Made by a program: the position numbers and the translations under genes. A stretch of 64,000 nucleotides of DNA from Candidatus Woesebacteria bacterium GW2011_GWB1_33_38 (lineage in GTDB: Bacteria; Patescibacteriota; Microgenomatia; UBA8517): assembly GCA_000990005.1 (NCBI GenBank), contig LBPF01000003.1, positions 71,479-135,478 of the forward strand, read 5' to 3'. Positions 47,676-56,632 of this stretch are shown one piece after another. Below the pieces are notes generated by a model. It searched no databases. It saw only the letters and a list, made by a program, of their open reading frames with translations, and was not told the DNA's origin. Within the stretch, counting starts at the first letter, position 1; each line of letters begins with the position of its first letter.

Positions 47676-48665
47676 ATTCGTTTAATTAATTTAATTTGGA
47701 CTCTAAGTAGATTTCTTAATAAGTACGACTCCGACATCTTGAAACCTTTCGCCATTCTCTCGGGGAATTAAATCTAATTCTGCTTTTTCAACAGGACCGT
47801 CGAAAAGTATTTCCTGCTTGAATATTGTAAATCCCATGTTTTTTGCTTCCATTTGCCATTTATCAATAACATCAAAAGAATTGGGTTTATCATTTTGTGT
47901 TTGCAACCAGTCAAAACTTGGCGAATTTTGATCCATCAATGAAAATGAGAAAATTAATTTTCCTTCAGGTTTTAATATTCGCCATATTTCGATCAATGCT
48001 TCCCTCGTTTTTCTTACATTATTGATTCCAAAACATACAACTATTGGAATAGAATTATTATTAAATGGTAAGTGGGTCGCACTAGAAGTTATCGGTACAA
48101 TGGTATTTTTCCCATGGAGAGTTTGAATGAGTTTGTTGGTTCCCACTAAAACATCGGTATCAAGATCTGTTAAATATATAACTGAGTTTTCTGTTGCTGG
48201 TAACAAATTTCTAATCAGAAGACCTCTACCTGTAGCTATGTCTAGAATAGTTGTATTATTTTTAGTGAGATTATTAACAATAAAACTGATCATTTTTTCC
48301 ATTCTTAATTTTGATTTTGGTTTAGCTAAAGTGCTTTGTGTTTCATCTAGCAGGAGGTTTTCCTTTGGATTACGTAATTTTTTACCCCATACAAATTTTT
48401 TAGGTAGTTTTATTTTTGTTTCTAAGATAAGTACTTCCTCATCGATAGAAAATTCATGCGAATTTTGACAAATAATTTTATTCGAAGAAACAAATCGAAA
48501 CTGTTTATTACAGTATAAACAATGAAGAACTCTATGTATTTTATTAGTTTTAGTATTTTTAATATTTATTGTCATAAATTATTTTAATTCTTTTATCTGT
48601 TTTAGTAAAACGCCTCTTTCATTCAGGAACTTATTTTCTACTACTTCATTAAATAATTTTTCTAA
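47647..48665. mobile_element. Cassette bounded by the 23-bp direct repeat ACTTCATTAAATAATTTTTCTAA, inserted into the cca 3' end
   Basis: Identical 23-mers at 47647-47669 and 48643-48665 (996 bp apart). Confidence 0.7.
47703..48575 (-). CDS. Class I SAM-dependent methyltransferase with N-terminal Zn-ribbon
   Basis: CLYC...C.N.H.F; ILDIATGRG; LPF; EIWRILKPEG. Confidence 0.88.
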   Translation of the reverse strand: MTINIKNTKTNKIHRVLHCLYCNKQFRFVSSNKIICQNSHEFSIDEEVLILETKIKLPKKFVWGKKLRNPKENLLLDETQSTLAKPKSKLRMEKMISFIVNNLTKNNTTILDIATGRGLLIRNLLPATENSVIYLTDLDTDVLVGTNKLIQTLHGKNTIVPITSSATHLPFNNNSIPIVVCFGINNVRKTREALIEIWRILKPEGKLIFSFSLMDQNSPSFDWLQTQNDKPNSFDVIDKWQMEAKNMGFTIFKQEILFDGPVEKAELDLIPRENGERFQDVGVVLIKKST

Positions 48666-49934
48666 TATTTCTCCAACTTTTGGACCTGATGGAATTTTTA
48701 AAATTTCCATGACATCTTTGCCATTTACTTTGAGGTCTTTTATAGAAAAAGGCTGTTTTTGTACCTGCACTAGTCTTGTTTTAAACTCTTCAAGTCTCCA
48801 ACTTGTTTCTCTTGCACCCCCACCAAGTCTGTCCGCAACCCTTAGGGCTAACATATCCTCTACATTTTCAAGACCGATATTTCTTAAAAATCTTCTAATT
48901 GCAGAATCTGTTTGATGTTCATCAACAGTAAATTGATGGAATCTGACAAGTTTTACAAACTTTTCTTTTTCTTTTGCTGAAAACCTAAGTCTATCTGCAA
49001 TATTAATTGCAATTTTGGTAGAAACCATTTCGTGGTTATAAAAAGTTATGATCCCTGAATCTAATTTTTTATATGTTTGGGGTTTGCCGATATCATGAAT
49101 TAATGTTGCAAATCTTGTGACTGGATCTTCTGATTTACATTCCTTTAAACTCATTAAAAGGTGATTTCCCACATCATAAATGTGATGTCTTTGAGGTGAT
49201 TTTTGTTCAACCCCAAAACATTTCATAAGTTCGGGGAGAATTTCTTGCATTAACCCCGTGTCTTTAAGAAGAACTATCCCATTATAGGGATTAATACTTT
49301 TTAAAATTTTGAAGAGTTCATCCTTTATTCTTTCTTTGGCAATTTTATTGATCAAAGTTGAGTTTGTCTTTATTGCCTCTAGTGTATTTTTTTCTATTTC
49401 AAAATTTAATTCTCCCCCAATTCTCACAGCGCGCATCATACGAAGAGCGTCCTCATTAAAACGTTCAGAAGGATCTCCAACAGCCCTGATTAATTTATTC
49501 TTTAGGTCATCTAGTCCGCTGTATTTATCGATAATTTGGCATTTATCATTTGTCATTTGGCATTGAAGCGCAAGAGCATTTACAGTGAAATCTCTGCGCG
49601 CCAGGTCTTCTTCTAAAGTCTTACCCCAGATGACCTTGTCCGGCCTTCTGTTATCTGAATAACCGTGCTCAGTTCTAAATGTTGTAATTTCAAAAGGTCT
49701 GTCGAGGTTCTCAAATGAAATACCTACAGTACCAAAAGAATTGTCGTAAAAACCATCGGGATATATTGTTAAAATTTCGGAAGGCTGTGCATTTGTTGTG
49801 AAGTCCCAGTCATATACAATATGACCCATAAGAGCATCTCGAACAGCACCCCCTACAACATAAATTTCAAAATTTGCTTTAGCAAATTTTGCCATAAATT
49901 GTTTTACTTCATCTGGAAGTTTGAAATTAGTCAT
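48579..49934 (-). CDS. cca: CCA-adding tRNA nucleotidyltransferase with HD domain
   Basis: VGGAVRD, DWD, EDLARRDFTVNA, EDALRMMRA, HDIGK. Confidence 0.95.
   Translation of the reverse strand: MTNFKLPDEVKQFMAKFAKANFEIYVVGGAVRDALMGHIVYDWDFTTNAQPSEILTIYPDGFYDNSFGTVGISFENLDRPFEITTFRTEHGYSDNRRPDKVIWGKTLEEDLARRDFTVNALALQCQMTNDKCQIIDKYSGLDDLKNKLIRAVGDPSERFNEDALRMMRAVRIGGELNFEIEKNTLEAIKTNSTLINKIAKERIKDELFKILKSINPYNGIVLLKDTGLMQEILPELMKCFGVEQKSPQRHHIYDVGNHLLMSLKECKSEDPVTRFATLIHDIGKPQTYKKLDSGIITFYNHEMVSTKIAINIADRLRFSAKEKEKFVKLVRFHQFTVDEHQTDSAIRRFLRNIGLENVEDMLALRVADRLGGGARETSWRLEEFKTRLVQVQKQPFSIKDLKVNGKDVMEILKIPSGPKVGEILEKLFNEVVENKFLNERGVLLKQIKELK
49534..49561. repeat. Heptamer tandem repeat ATTT(GG/AT/GT)C x4 inside cca
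   Basis: ATTTGGC ATTTATC ATTTGTC ATTTGGC; encodes QCQMTNDKCQ. Confidence 0.85.
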
Positions 49935-49954
49935 TTATGATATTATATCAGAGT

Positions 49955-51601
49955 ATGAAATGGCAGATTTTAAGTAAAGGAAAAGATATCATAAAAGAGC
50001 TTCTTAAGAATAGGAACATAAAAACAAAAAAAGAAATTGATGAATTTTTACAGCCGAAGAATCCTGCAGAAATTAATATACAGGAATTAGGAATAGGAAA
50101 AGAGGAATTAGAAAAAGTAATAAAAAAACTTCAGACAGCAAAAGATAAGAAGGAAAAAATTGTTGTTTTTGGAGATTATGATTGCGATGGAGTATGTGCT
50201 ACAGCCATACTTTGGGAAACATTATATAAATTAGGTTTTGACGCCATGCCTTATATTCCCGATAGATTTGAAGAAGGATACGGGTTCAAAACAGGGAGTC
50301 TTGAAAAACTCCAAAATTTCAATCCGCCAGCTGGAGGACTAAATCCTAAATTAATAATTACTGTAGATAATGGAATAGTTGCTTACGATGCAATTGACGA
50401 AGCTCAAAAAAGAGAGATAGATGTAATAGTTGTAGACCATCACACAAAAGGAGACAAAAAACTTTCTACGTCCTACATTCTACATTCTACTGCTGTGTGT
50501 GGAAGTGCACTAGCTTGGTTTTTATCCCGTGAGCTGTCTTACAGGTTCGGAACCCGTAAAGCAGGTTCCGAACCTAACAGAATAGAGCCTGTCATGGGTT
50601 TGGATTTTGTTGCATTAGGCACAGTTGCAGATCAAATGCAGCTTTTGGGAATTAATAGGTCATTGGTTAAATATGGCTTGGAAGATTTACAAAAAACAAA
50701 AAGAGTAGGGCTAAAAGCTTTAATCAAAAGTGCAGGTTTAGATAAAGTCGGAGTATATGAAGCAGGCTATATATTAGCTCCCAGGATTAATGCTATGGGT
50801 AGACTTTCCCATGCTCTAGATTCTTTAAGGCTTCTTTGTACAAGAGATACAAAAAAAGCTGAGACGCTAGCCAAAGTTCTGAGTGAGACGAATATAGAAA
50901 GGCAAAAAATTGTAGATGATGTTTTGGTTAAAGCAATTCAGTTGGTAACTGAAGAAAAGGTAGTAGTTATAGAAGGTGATTATCATGAAGGTGTAATAGG
51001 TCTTGCATCGGGAAAAATCACAGAAAAGTTATATAGACCATCGATTGTTTTGTCGCACGGCGAGAAGGTATCAAAAGCATCTGCTAGATCAATTTCGGGA
51101 TTTAATATTATTGAAGCGATCAAAGAAACAGGATTAATCTTGGAAGGTGGAGGGCATCCAATGGCTGCTGGTTTTTCAATTGAAACCTCTAAAATTTCAG
51201 AGTTCAGAACAAAGATAAATAAATTAAGTCAAGACAAGTTAACAGATGAGATTTTAGAAAAAAAATTAAAAATTGATTTAGAACTGGATTTTGAAAATAT
51301 AGATAATGATTTAGTCAAAGCACTAGAGAGTTTTGAACCAACAGGTTATGGTAACTTTTCTCCAGTATTTATGACAGAAGGTGTAAAAGTTGTTGAAATT
51401 AAACCAGTAGGGAGTGATGGAAAACATTTAAAATTAAAACTTTCCCAAAACGGAATTGTTTTCGATGCAATCTGGTTCAGTTTTTCTAAGTCCTTAGCCC
51501 TCATTCCTAATTCCTCAGTAAACGTTGCATACACCATTGAAACTAACACCTGGAACAACCATTCCCAAACACAGCTAAAGGTTAAAGATATCAAGACTTA
51601 G
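49955..51601 (+). CDS. recJ: ssDNA exonuclease RecJ
   Basis: GDYDCDG, TVDNG, DHH, PRINAMGRL, GGGHPMAAG. Confidence 0.97.
   Translation: MKWQILSKGKDIIKELLKNRNIKTKKEIDEFLQPKNPAEINIQELGIGKEELEKVIKKLQTAKDKKEKIVVFGDYDCDGVCATAILWETLYKLGFDAMPYIPDRFEEGYGFKTGSLEKLQNFNPPAGGLNPKLIITVDNGIVAYDAIDEAQKREIDVIVVDHHTKGDKKLSTSYILHSTAVCGSALAWFLSRELSYRFGTRKAGSEPNRIEPVMGLDFVALGTVADQMQLLGINRSLVKYGLEDLQKTKRVGLKALIKSAGLDKVGVYEAGYILAPRINAMGRLSHALDSLRLLCTRDTKKAETLAKVLSETNIERQKIVDDVLVKAIQLVTEEKVVVIEGDYHEGVIGLASGKITEKLYRPSIVLSHGEKVSKASARSISGFNIIEAIKETGLILEGGGHPMAAGFSIETSKISEFRTKINKLSQDKLTDEILEKKLKIDLELDFENIDNDLVKALESFEPTGYGNFSPVFMTEGVKVVEIKPVGSDGKHLKLKLSQNGIVFDAIWFSFSKSLALIPNSSVNVAYTIETNTWNNHSQTQLKVKDIKT
50537..50575. 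repeat. Tandem GGTTC(G/C)GAACC palindromes inside recJ
   Basis: TCTTACAGGTTCGGAACCCGTAA then CAGGTTCCGAACCT; encodes YRFGTRKAGSEP. Confidence 0.85.
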
Positions 51602-51809
51602 AATTTAATACAGTCAATACTTTTTCCTCTGCAGCTTTCAGGCCCAATTTAGCCATTTCTAATGGACTTAATCCTGAAGGAGGTTTTTGCCCTAACTCTG
51701 GTGCCACCTCTAATACTTTTTCTGTCGCGCTCCTAAATCCAATCATAGCTTGTTCTGCTATTGAAATCCCTGCAGTTGGTCGTTGAGTTAATTTATATCT
51801 GTCTTGCAT
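51591..51809 (-). CDS. Small orphan protein (72 aa) downstream of a putative attenuator
   Basis: ATG at 51809 preceded by SD-like GAAGGTGAG. Confidence 0.65.
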   Translation of the reverse strand: MQDRYKLTQRPTAGISIAEQAMIGFRSATEKVLEVAPELGQKPPSGLSPLEMAKLGLKAAEEKVLTVLNSKS

Positions 51810-51829
51810 AAATCTCACCTTCTTTCAAT

Positions 51830-51858
51830 AAAAAAACCTCTTATTTTTTAAGAGGTTT
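51830..51858 (-). terminator. Intrinsic terminator in the 5' leader (attenuator 3:4 hairpin)
   Basis: Minus strand AAACCTCTTA-N5-TAAGAGGTTT running into a T-tract. Confidence 0.8.
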
Positions 51859-51895
51859 GGCTTTTTTTCTAAAATTCCAAAAAGACAAACCCCTC

Positions 51896-51943
51896 TTATA
51901 TAAAGAGGTTAATAATTGTCTTGTAGGAACAAAATATATTCAT
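51896..51943 (-). CDS. Putative leader peptide MNIFCSYKTIINLFI
   Basis: ATG about 20 nt after the promoter; stop overlaps the first hairpin. Confidence 0.6.
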   Translation of the reverse strand: MNIFCSYKTIINLFI

Positions 51944-51968
51944 ATTATTTTTTTGAGAACAATTTTAT

Positions 51969-51996
51969 ATTATAAAGGTGAATAGCTTCTTGTCAA
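51969..51996 (-). promoter_or_regulatory. Consensus sigma70 promoter TTGACA-N16-TATAAT, divergent from aspS
   Basis: TGTCAA 51991-51996, ATTATA 51969-51974. Confidence 0.75.
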
Positions 51997-52025
51997 TCCC
52001 CAAGTTTAAAACTAAAATACATTAT

Positions 52026-53366
52026 ATGCAAAGAACTTTAGTTGCTGAAACTTTAAAAAAAGTCGGAGAAACAGTAACTCTAAAAGGTTGGGTGGATACT
52101 GTCAGGGATCATGGGAAAATAACCTTTTTAGATTTAAGGGATAGAACTGGAATTATTCAGTGTGTAGGAAATGGCTTAGAGGCAGTATCACTCGAAAGTG
52201 TAATTGAGCTTAGCGGTAAAGTTGTCGAAAGGCCTGAAAAACTTATTAATCCAAATATTGTAACAGGCAAAGTCGAATTACAAATTGAAGGAATGAAAGT
52301 TGTTTCAAAGGCTGAAGAAATGCCTTTTGATATGAACAAAGAAGATTTAAATTTGGAACTTCCAACCTTACTTGATTATAGATCCTTAACCTTAAGGCAT
52401 CCTAAGATTAAAGCAATTTTTAAAGTTCAAGAAGTTGTGATAGATGCGTTTAGAAGAGCCTTGCAGGCAAAAGATTTCACAGAGTTTCAAGCCCCAAGTA
52501 TTATTTCATCGGCTCCTGAGGGTGGTGCAGAGATTTTCGAAGTCAAATATTTTGATCATACAGCTTACCTTGCACAAAGTCCCCAACTGTATAAATCATT
52601 GTTAGTTAGTATTTTTGAAAGAGTTTTTTCGGTTAACAAGGTATTTAGAGCTGAACCTTCTGTGACCACGAGACATTTAACAGAAATTGTAAGTTTGGAT
52701 GCAGAATTTGGTTTTATTGAGGATTATCTGGAAGTTAAAGAGATGGCAGAATATGTAATCAAGTTTATATTAGATGAGGTATCAAGAAAATGTGCTAAAG
52801 AGCTTGAAATGTGGGGAGCAACAATTCCTGCAGTTTCTAAAAGTATTCCTATTATTAAGTTAAGAGAAGCGCAGGAAATTATATTTAAAAGAACAGGAAG
52901 AGATTGTCGAAAAGAAAAAGATTTTTCTCCTGAAGACGAGAGGGAAATTTGTAAGTGGTCAAAAGAAGAGCATGGATCAGATCTTGTTTTTGTGAGTCAT
53001 TATCCAACAAAATATAGACCATTTTATACATATCCAGATCCTGACGAGCCCGAATTTAATCAAGGATTTGATTTGATAGGTAGGGGAACAGAATGGATGA
53101 CAGGTGGACGAAGGATACATGATTACAAAACATTATTAGCCCATGCTAAAGAATGGGGTATAACTCCAAAAAATATTGAGCTGTACCTTCAAGCGTTTAG
53201 ATATGGCATGCCCTCACTTGGTGGTTTTGCTTTTGGAGCTGAAAGAATAACAATGCATATCTTAGGCCTTAAGAATGTTCGTGAAGCATCACTATTTCCT
53301 AGAGACATGGAAAGGGTTGATATAAGGTTGTCTACTATTGAAGAAATATCTGCGAATGAAAAATAA
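52026..53366 (+). CDS. aspS: Aspartyl-tRNA synthetase, archaeal/non-discriminating type
   Basis: RDHGKITFLDLRD, LAQSPQLYK, FRAE..RH, GAER, LFPRD; no GAD insert. Confidence 0.92.
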   Translation: MQRTLVAETLKKVGETVTLKGWVDTVRDHGKITFLDLRDRTGIIQCVGNGLEAVSLESVIELSGKVVERPEKLINPNIVTGKVELQIEGMKVVSKAEEMPFDMNKEDLNLELPTLLDYRSLTLRHPKIKAIFKVQEVVIDAFRRALQAKDFTEFQAPSIISSAPEGGAEIFEVKYFDHTAYLAQSPQLYKSLLVSIFERVFSVNKVFRAEPSVTTRHLTEIVSLDAEFGFIEDYLEVKEMAEYVIKFILDEVSRKCAKELEMWGATIPAVSKSIPIIKLREAQEIIFKRTGRDCRKEKDFSPEDEREICKWSKEEHGSDLVFVSHYPTKYRPFYTYPDPDEPEFNQGFDLIGRGTEWMTGGRRIHDYKTLLAHAKEWGITPKNIELYLQAFRYGMPSLGGFAFGAERITMHILGLKNVREASLFPRDMERVDIRLSTIEEISANEK

Positions 53367-54264
53367 TCTTCTCTACTTGGCACTTCTTGCGTTTTTGTTA
53401 ATCTCAACTTCTGCACTCTCACTTTCAAATAATTTAAGCAGTTTGGTTACGTATGTTTTTCCCGAAAAAAAAGTAAAAGCCTATTCTCCCTTACCCGTTT
53501 TAAAAGACCAAGCTAAATATCCCATACTTTCTGCTCAGTCTGTAATGGCAGTGGACCTTGATTCTGGAGTAACTCTCTATGAAAAAGATCCAAACAAAAC
53601 TCTTCTTCCTGCATCAACCACAAAAATAGTGACGGCACTTGTATCACTTGATAGTTACAATTTGGATCGAGTTTTAAAAGTTGGTAAAGCTAATGTGGTC
53701 GGTCAAAAAATGGGATTAGTCTCAGGTGAACAACTTTTATTTCCAGATTTACTAAATGGACTACTTATTTACTCAGCTAATGATGCTGCTGAAGTTTTAG
53801 CTTCAAGCCATCCAGGTGGACGAGAATTATTCATTGCTTTGATGAATAAGAAAGTAAAAGATTTAGGACTTAATAATACTCACTTTAGTAATCCTACAGG
53901 TCTTGATAATGGTGCGCAGTATGTTACTGCAAGGGACTTGATAGTGGTATCTAAATATGCAATGAAAAATCCAATTTTTGCCAAAATTGTCGGTATAAAG
54001 GAGATAACTGTCAAAAGTGTTGATGGAAAAATAACTCATAAATTAACTAATGTCAACAAACTTTTGGGTAGTGTAGAAGGTGTATTAGGTGTTAAAACAG
54101 GTTGGACAGAAAACGCAAGAGAAAACTTAGTTACTGAAGTTTCCAGAAATGGTAAAAGAGTTATGATTGTTGTATTGGGTAGTTCTGATAGATTTGGTGA
54201 AACTACAGAACTTATAGATTGGATATACAATAACTATTCTTGGGAAAATGTTATACCCAGTTAA
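53356..54264 (+). CDS. D-alanyl-D-alanine carboxypeptidase (peptidase S11)
   Basis: PASTTK (SxxK), SAN (SxN), NPTGL, KTG. Confidence 0.94.
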   Translation: MKNNLLYLALLAFLLISTSALSLSNNLSSLVTYVFPEKKVKAYSPLPVLKDQAKYPILSAQSVMAVDLDSGVTLYEKDPNKTLLPASTTKIVTALVSLDSYNLDRVLKVGKANVVGQKMGLVSGEQLLFPDLLNGLLIYSANDAAEVLASSHPGGRELFIALMNKKVKDLGLNNTHFSNPTGLDNGAQYVTARDLIVVSKYAMKNPIFAKIVGIKEITVKSVDGKITHKLTNVNKLLGSVEGVLGVKTGWTENARENLVTEVSRNGKRVMIVVLGSSDRFGETTELIDWIYNNYSWENVIPS

Positions 54265-55311
54265 CTATTCTGCGTAATGTTCTAAAGTGACTGCTGGAAC
54301 ATAGCCTACAAGGTTTTGGTCACCTTCAAAGACATAAACTGGTTGGAAGAATTCCATATAGACTCCTGGGTCGTAATAGGCTAAATAAATTTTTCTTATT
54401 TTTATACTGTCTCCATCGTTTGTTGTTCCAAATGATGCGGGGTAATAACTGCCACTTATGAATTCTTGCCATGCTTCGTCACCAGTCTTAATTGGGTATG
54501 TTGCTAGTTTTGTTTCATCCACGGGGAAATAGTGATACTCTCCTGCAATAATATCCCTTCCTTTTTCTCTAATCCCTGAAACCATAAACCAGACATTGCT
54601 TTTATTAGGTTCATTTGTAGCAATTGGGAGCTCATTATAACTTTTTCTAAAAATATCGACTCTTGTGATGCTGGCATCAGAAAGTGATACGGCAAGTATA
54701 AAACTGCCAGCTTGGGTTTTTAAGAATTGATGTTTAACTTCACCTGTTAAATCTTCTGCTAAAAGATTGCTACTTCCTAAAAAAGATTTAACAGATGTGG
54801 TAGAAATTTCAGGCTGTAGTGGTCGTACTGAAATGGGTGATGAATCAGCGTTTAAGTCATAACTAATTGAAAATGCGCCTGTAATAATATCAGCTTCAAG
54901 TATGGCAAGAGATGATCTGTGGTTAAACTTATAAATCGAATCAGATACTTGTTGTGGATCGGATACGAAGCCTAATTTTTTGGCCGTATCCTTTGTATAA
55001 TCCAATGACAATAAGTTTGCAGATTTATTAGGCATAAAGTAAACATTTGCCTTAAGAGAAAATGTTGGAATTTCTCCATTTGCGGTTTCAAGAGTAAACT
55101 TTAAATCTTTTTTTGTTTTTTCAGGAAAAGGTAATTTTGATAATTTTCCAAAAGCAACTGTGGCTGGTTCTGGCGCTGGAGGAAAAACCTTTTTGTAAAG
55201 TGCTATGCCACCATTTATCATCATACGGCCAACTATTAAAAATATTATGAAATAGATAGTGTATCTAATTGATTTTCTTGCTGTGATTGAAGCGTAAGTT
55301 AACGTGACCAT
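54265..55311 (-). CDS. Hypothetical membrane-anchored protein
   Basis: 348-aa ORF, N-terminal TM, C-terminal IYLAYY...QPVYVF..YVPA. Confidence 0.8.
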   Translation of the reverse strand: MVTLTYASITARKSIRYTIYFIIFLIVGRMMINGGIALYKKVFPPAPEPATVAFGKLSKLPFPEKTKKDLKFTLETANGEIPTFSLKANVYFMPNKSANLLSLDYTKDTAKKLGFVSDPQQVSDSIYKFNHRSSLAILEADIITGAFSISYDLNADSSPISVRPLQPEISTTSVKSFLGSSNLLAEDLTGEVKHQFLKTQAGSFILAVSLSDASITRVDIFRKSYNELPIATNEPNKSNVWFMVSGIREKGRDIIAGEYHYFPVDETKLATYPIKTGDEAWQEFISGSYYPASFGTTNDGDSIKIRKIYLAYYDPGVYMEFFQPVYVFEGDQNLVGYVPAVTLEHYAE

Positions 55312-55336
55312 GTTTAATGATATAATTCATCTTAGC

Positions 55337-56629
55337 ATGAGTAAAGTAAAAATATGTACCAGATTTGCACCTAGTCCAACGGGATCAATGCATATAGGGA
55401 ACTTAAGAACTGCATTTTATGCATATGCATTAGCCAAACATAGTAATGGAGATTTTATTTTAAGAATTGAGGATACAGATAAAAAAAGGGAGAAAGAGGG
55501 TGGTGTCGAGGATATCAAGCGACTACTGGGAATATTCAATATCAAATGGGATGAATTTTATGTGCAGTCTGAAAGACTAGATTTGTACAATAAAGCAGCG
55601 GAAAGATTAGTTAAAGAAGGTCGCGCTTTTTATTGTCAATGTGAGGCTAAAAATGCTAAAGAAGATGGATTTTCAAAAGACTTAAGAGATCCTTGTCGTG
55701 ACAAAAATTTAACATCTGGGGCTATAAAACTTAAAGTGCCAGACAATGAGGGTGTCGGTTTTACCGACTTTGTTATTAATAAAAAAGTTTCATGGAGTAC
55801 AAATATAGTAGGTGATGCAACTTTATTAAAGACTGACAAATTCCCCACATATCATTTAGCTGTTGTTGTAGATGATAATGATATGAAAATTAGCCATGTT
55901 TTAAGGGGTCATGATTGGATGCCTTCAACACCAATACATTTATTAGTTTATAAGTATCTTGGTTTTGATGTTCCCCAAATAGGACACTTAACAGATATTA
56001 TGGATCCAGATGGTGGAAAGTTATCGAAAAGAAAAGGTAGTACATCTGTTCAGGGTTTATTGGATGAAGGTTATCTACCCGACGCTTTGTTTAATTTTGT
56101 GATTTTACTAGGATGGGCACCTAAAAATAATCAGGAGCTTTTTAATTTAAATTCGTTTGTAAAAGATTTTGATCAATCTGGATTTCAAAAATCTAATCCA
56201 GTATTTAATCGAGACAAACTTGACTGGTTTAATGGACAGTATATTCGTAAATTGTCAATTGAAGAATTAATTAATAAATTAAATTTAGAAAATACATCCA
56301 AAAATAAATCAATTGTCAGTTTAATTCAGGATAGAATCAAAAAACTTTCTGATTTTAATTCTTTAACAAGTTTTTTCTTTGAAAAACCTGAAGTAGACAC
56401 AAAACTATTTGGAGAAAATTATAAAAAACATCTAAGAAAGGCTATTGAAGGGATTCAATCAGAAAGAGACTTGATGGAAGTTGTTAAGGAAAATGATTTT
56501 AAAACTGGAGATTTTTTTATGGACTTGAGAATTGCTATTACTGGGGTTAAGTTCACGCCACCAATTAACGAATCAATTGCTATTTTAGGGAAAGAAGAGG
56601 GACTTGCTAGGTTAAATAAATTTATATAA
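55337..56629 (+). CDS. gltX: Glutamyl-tRNA synthetase
   Basis: RFAPSPTG, HIGN, LRIEDTD, KLSKR. Confidence 0.97.
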   Translation: MSKVKICTRFAPSPTGSMHIGNLRTAFYAYALAKHSNGDFILRIEDTDKKREKEGGVEDIKRLLGIFNIKWDEFYVQSERLDLYNKAAERLVKEGRAFYCQCEAKNAKEDGFSKDLRDPCRDKNLTSGAIKLKVPDNEGVGFTDFVINKKVSWSTNIVGDATLLKTDKFPTYHLAVVVDDNDMKISHVLRGHDWMPSTPIHLLVYKYLGFDVPQIGHLTDIMDPDGGKLSKRKGSTSVQGLLDEGYLPDALFNFVILLGWAPKNNQELFNLNSFVKDFDQSGFQKSNPVFNRDKLDWFNGQYIRKLSIEELINKLNLENTSKNKSIVSLIQDRIKKLSDFNSLTSFFFEKPEVDTKLFGENYKKHLRKAIEGIQSERDLMEVVKENDFKTGDFFMDLRIAITGVKFTPPINESIAILGKEEGLARLNKFI

Positions 56630-56632
56630 CTA

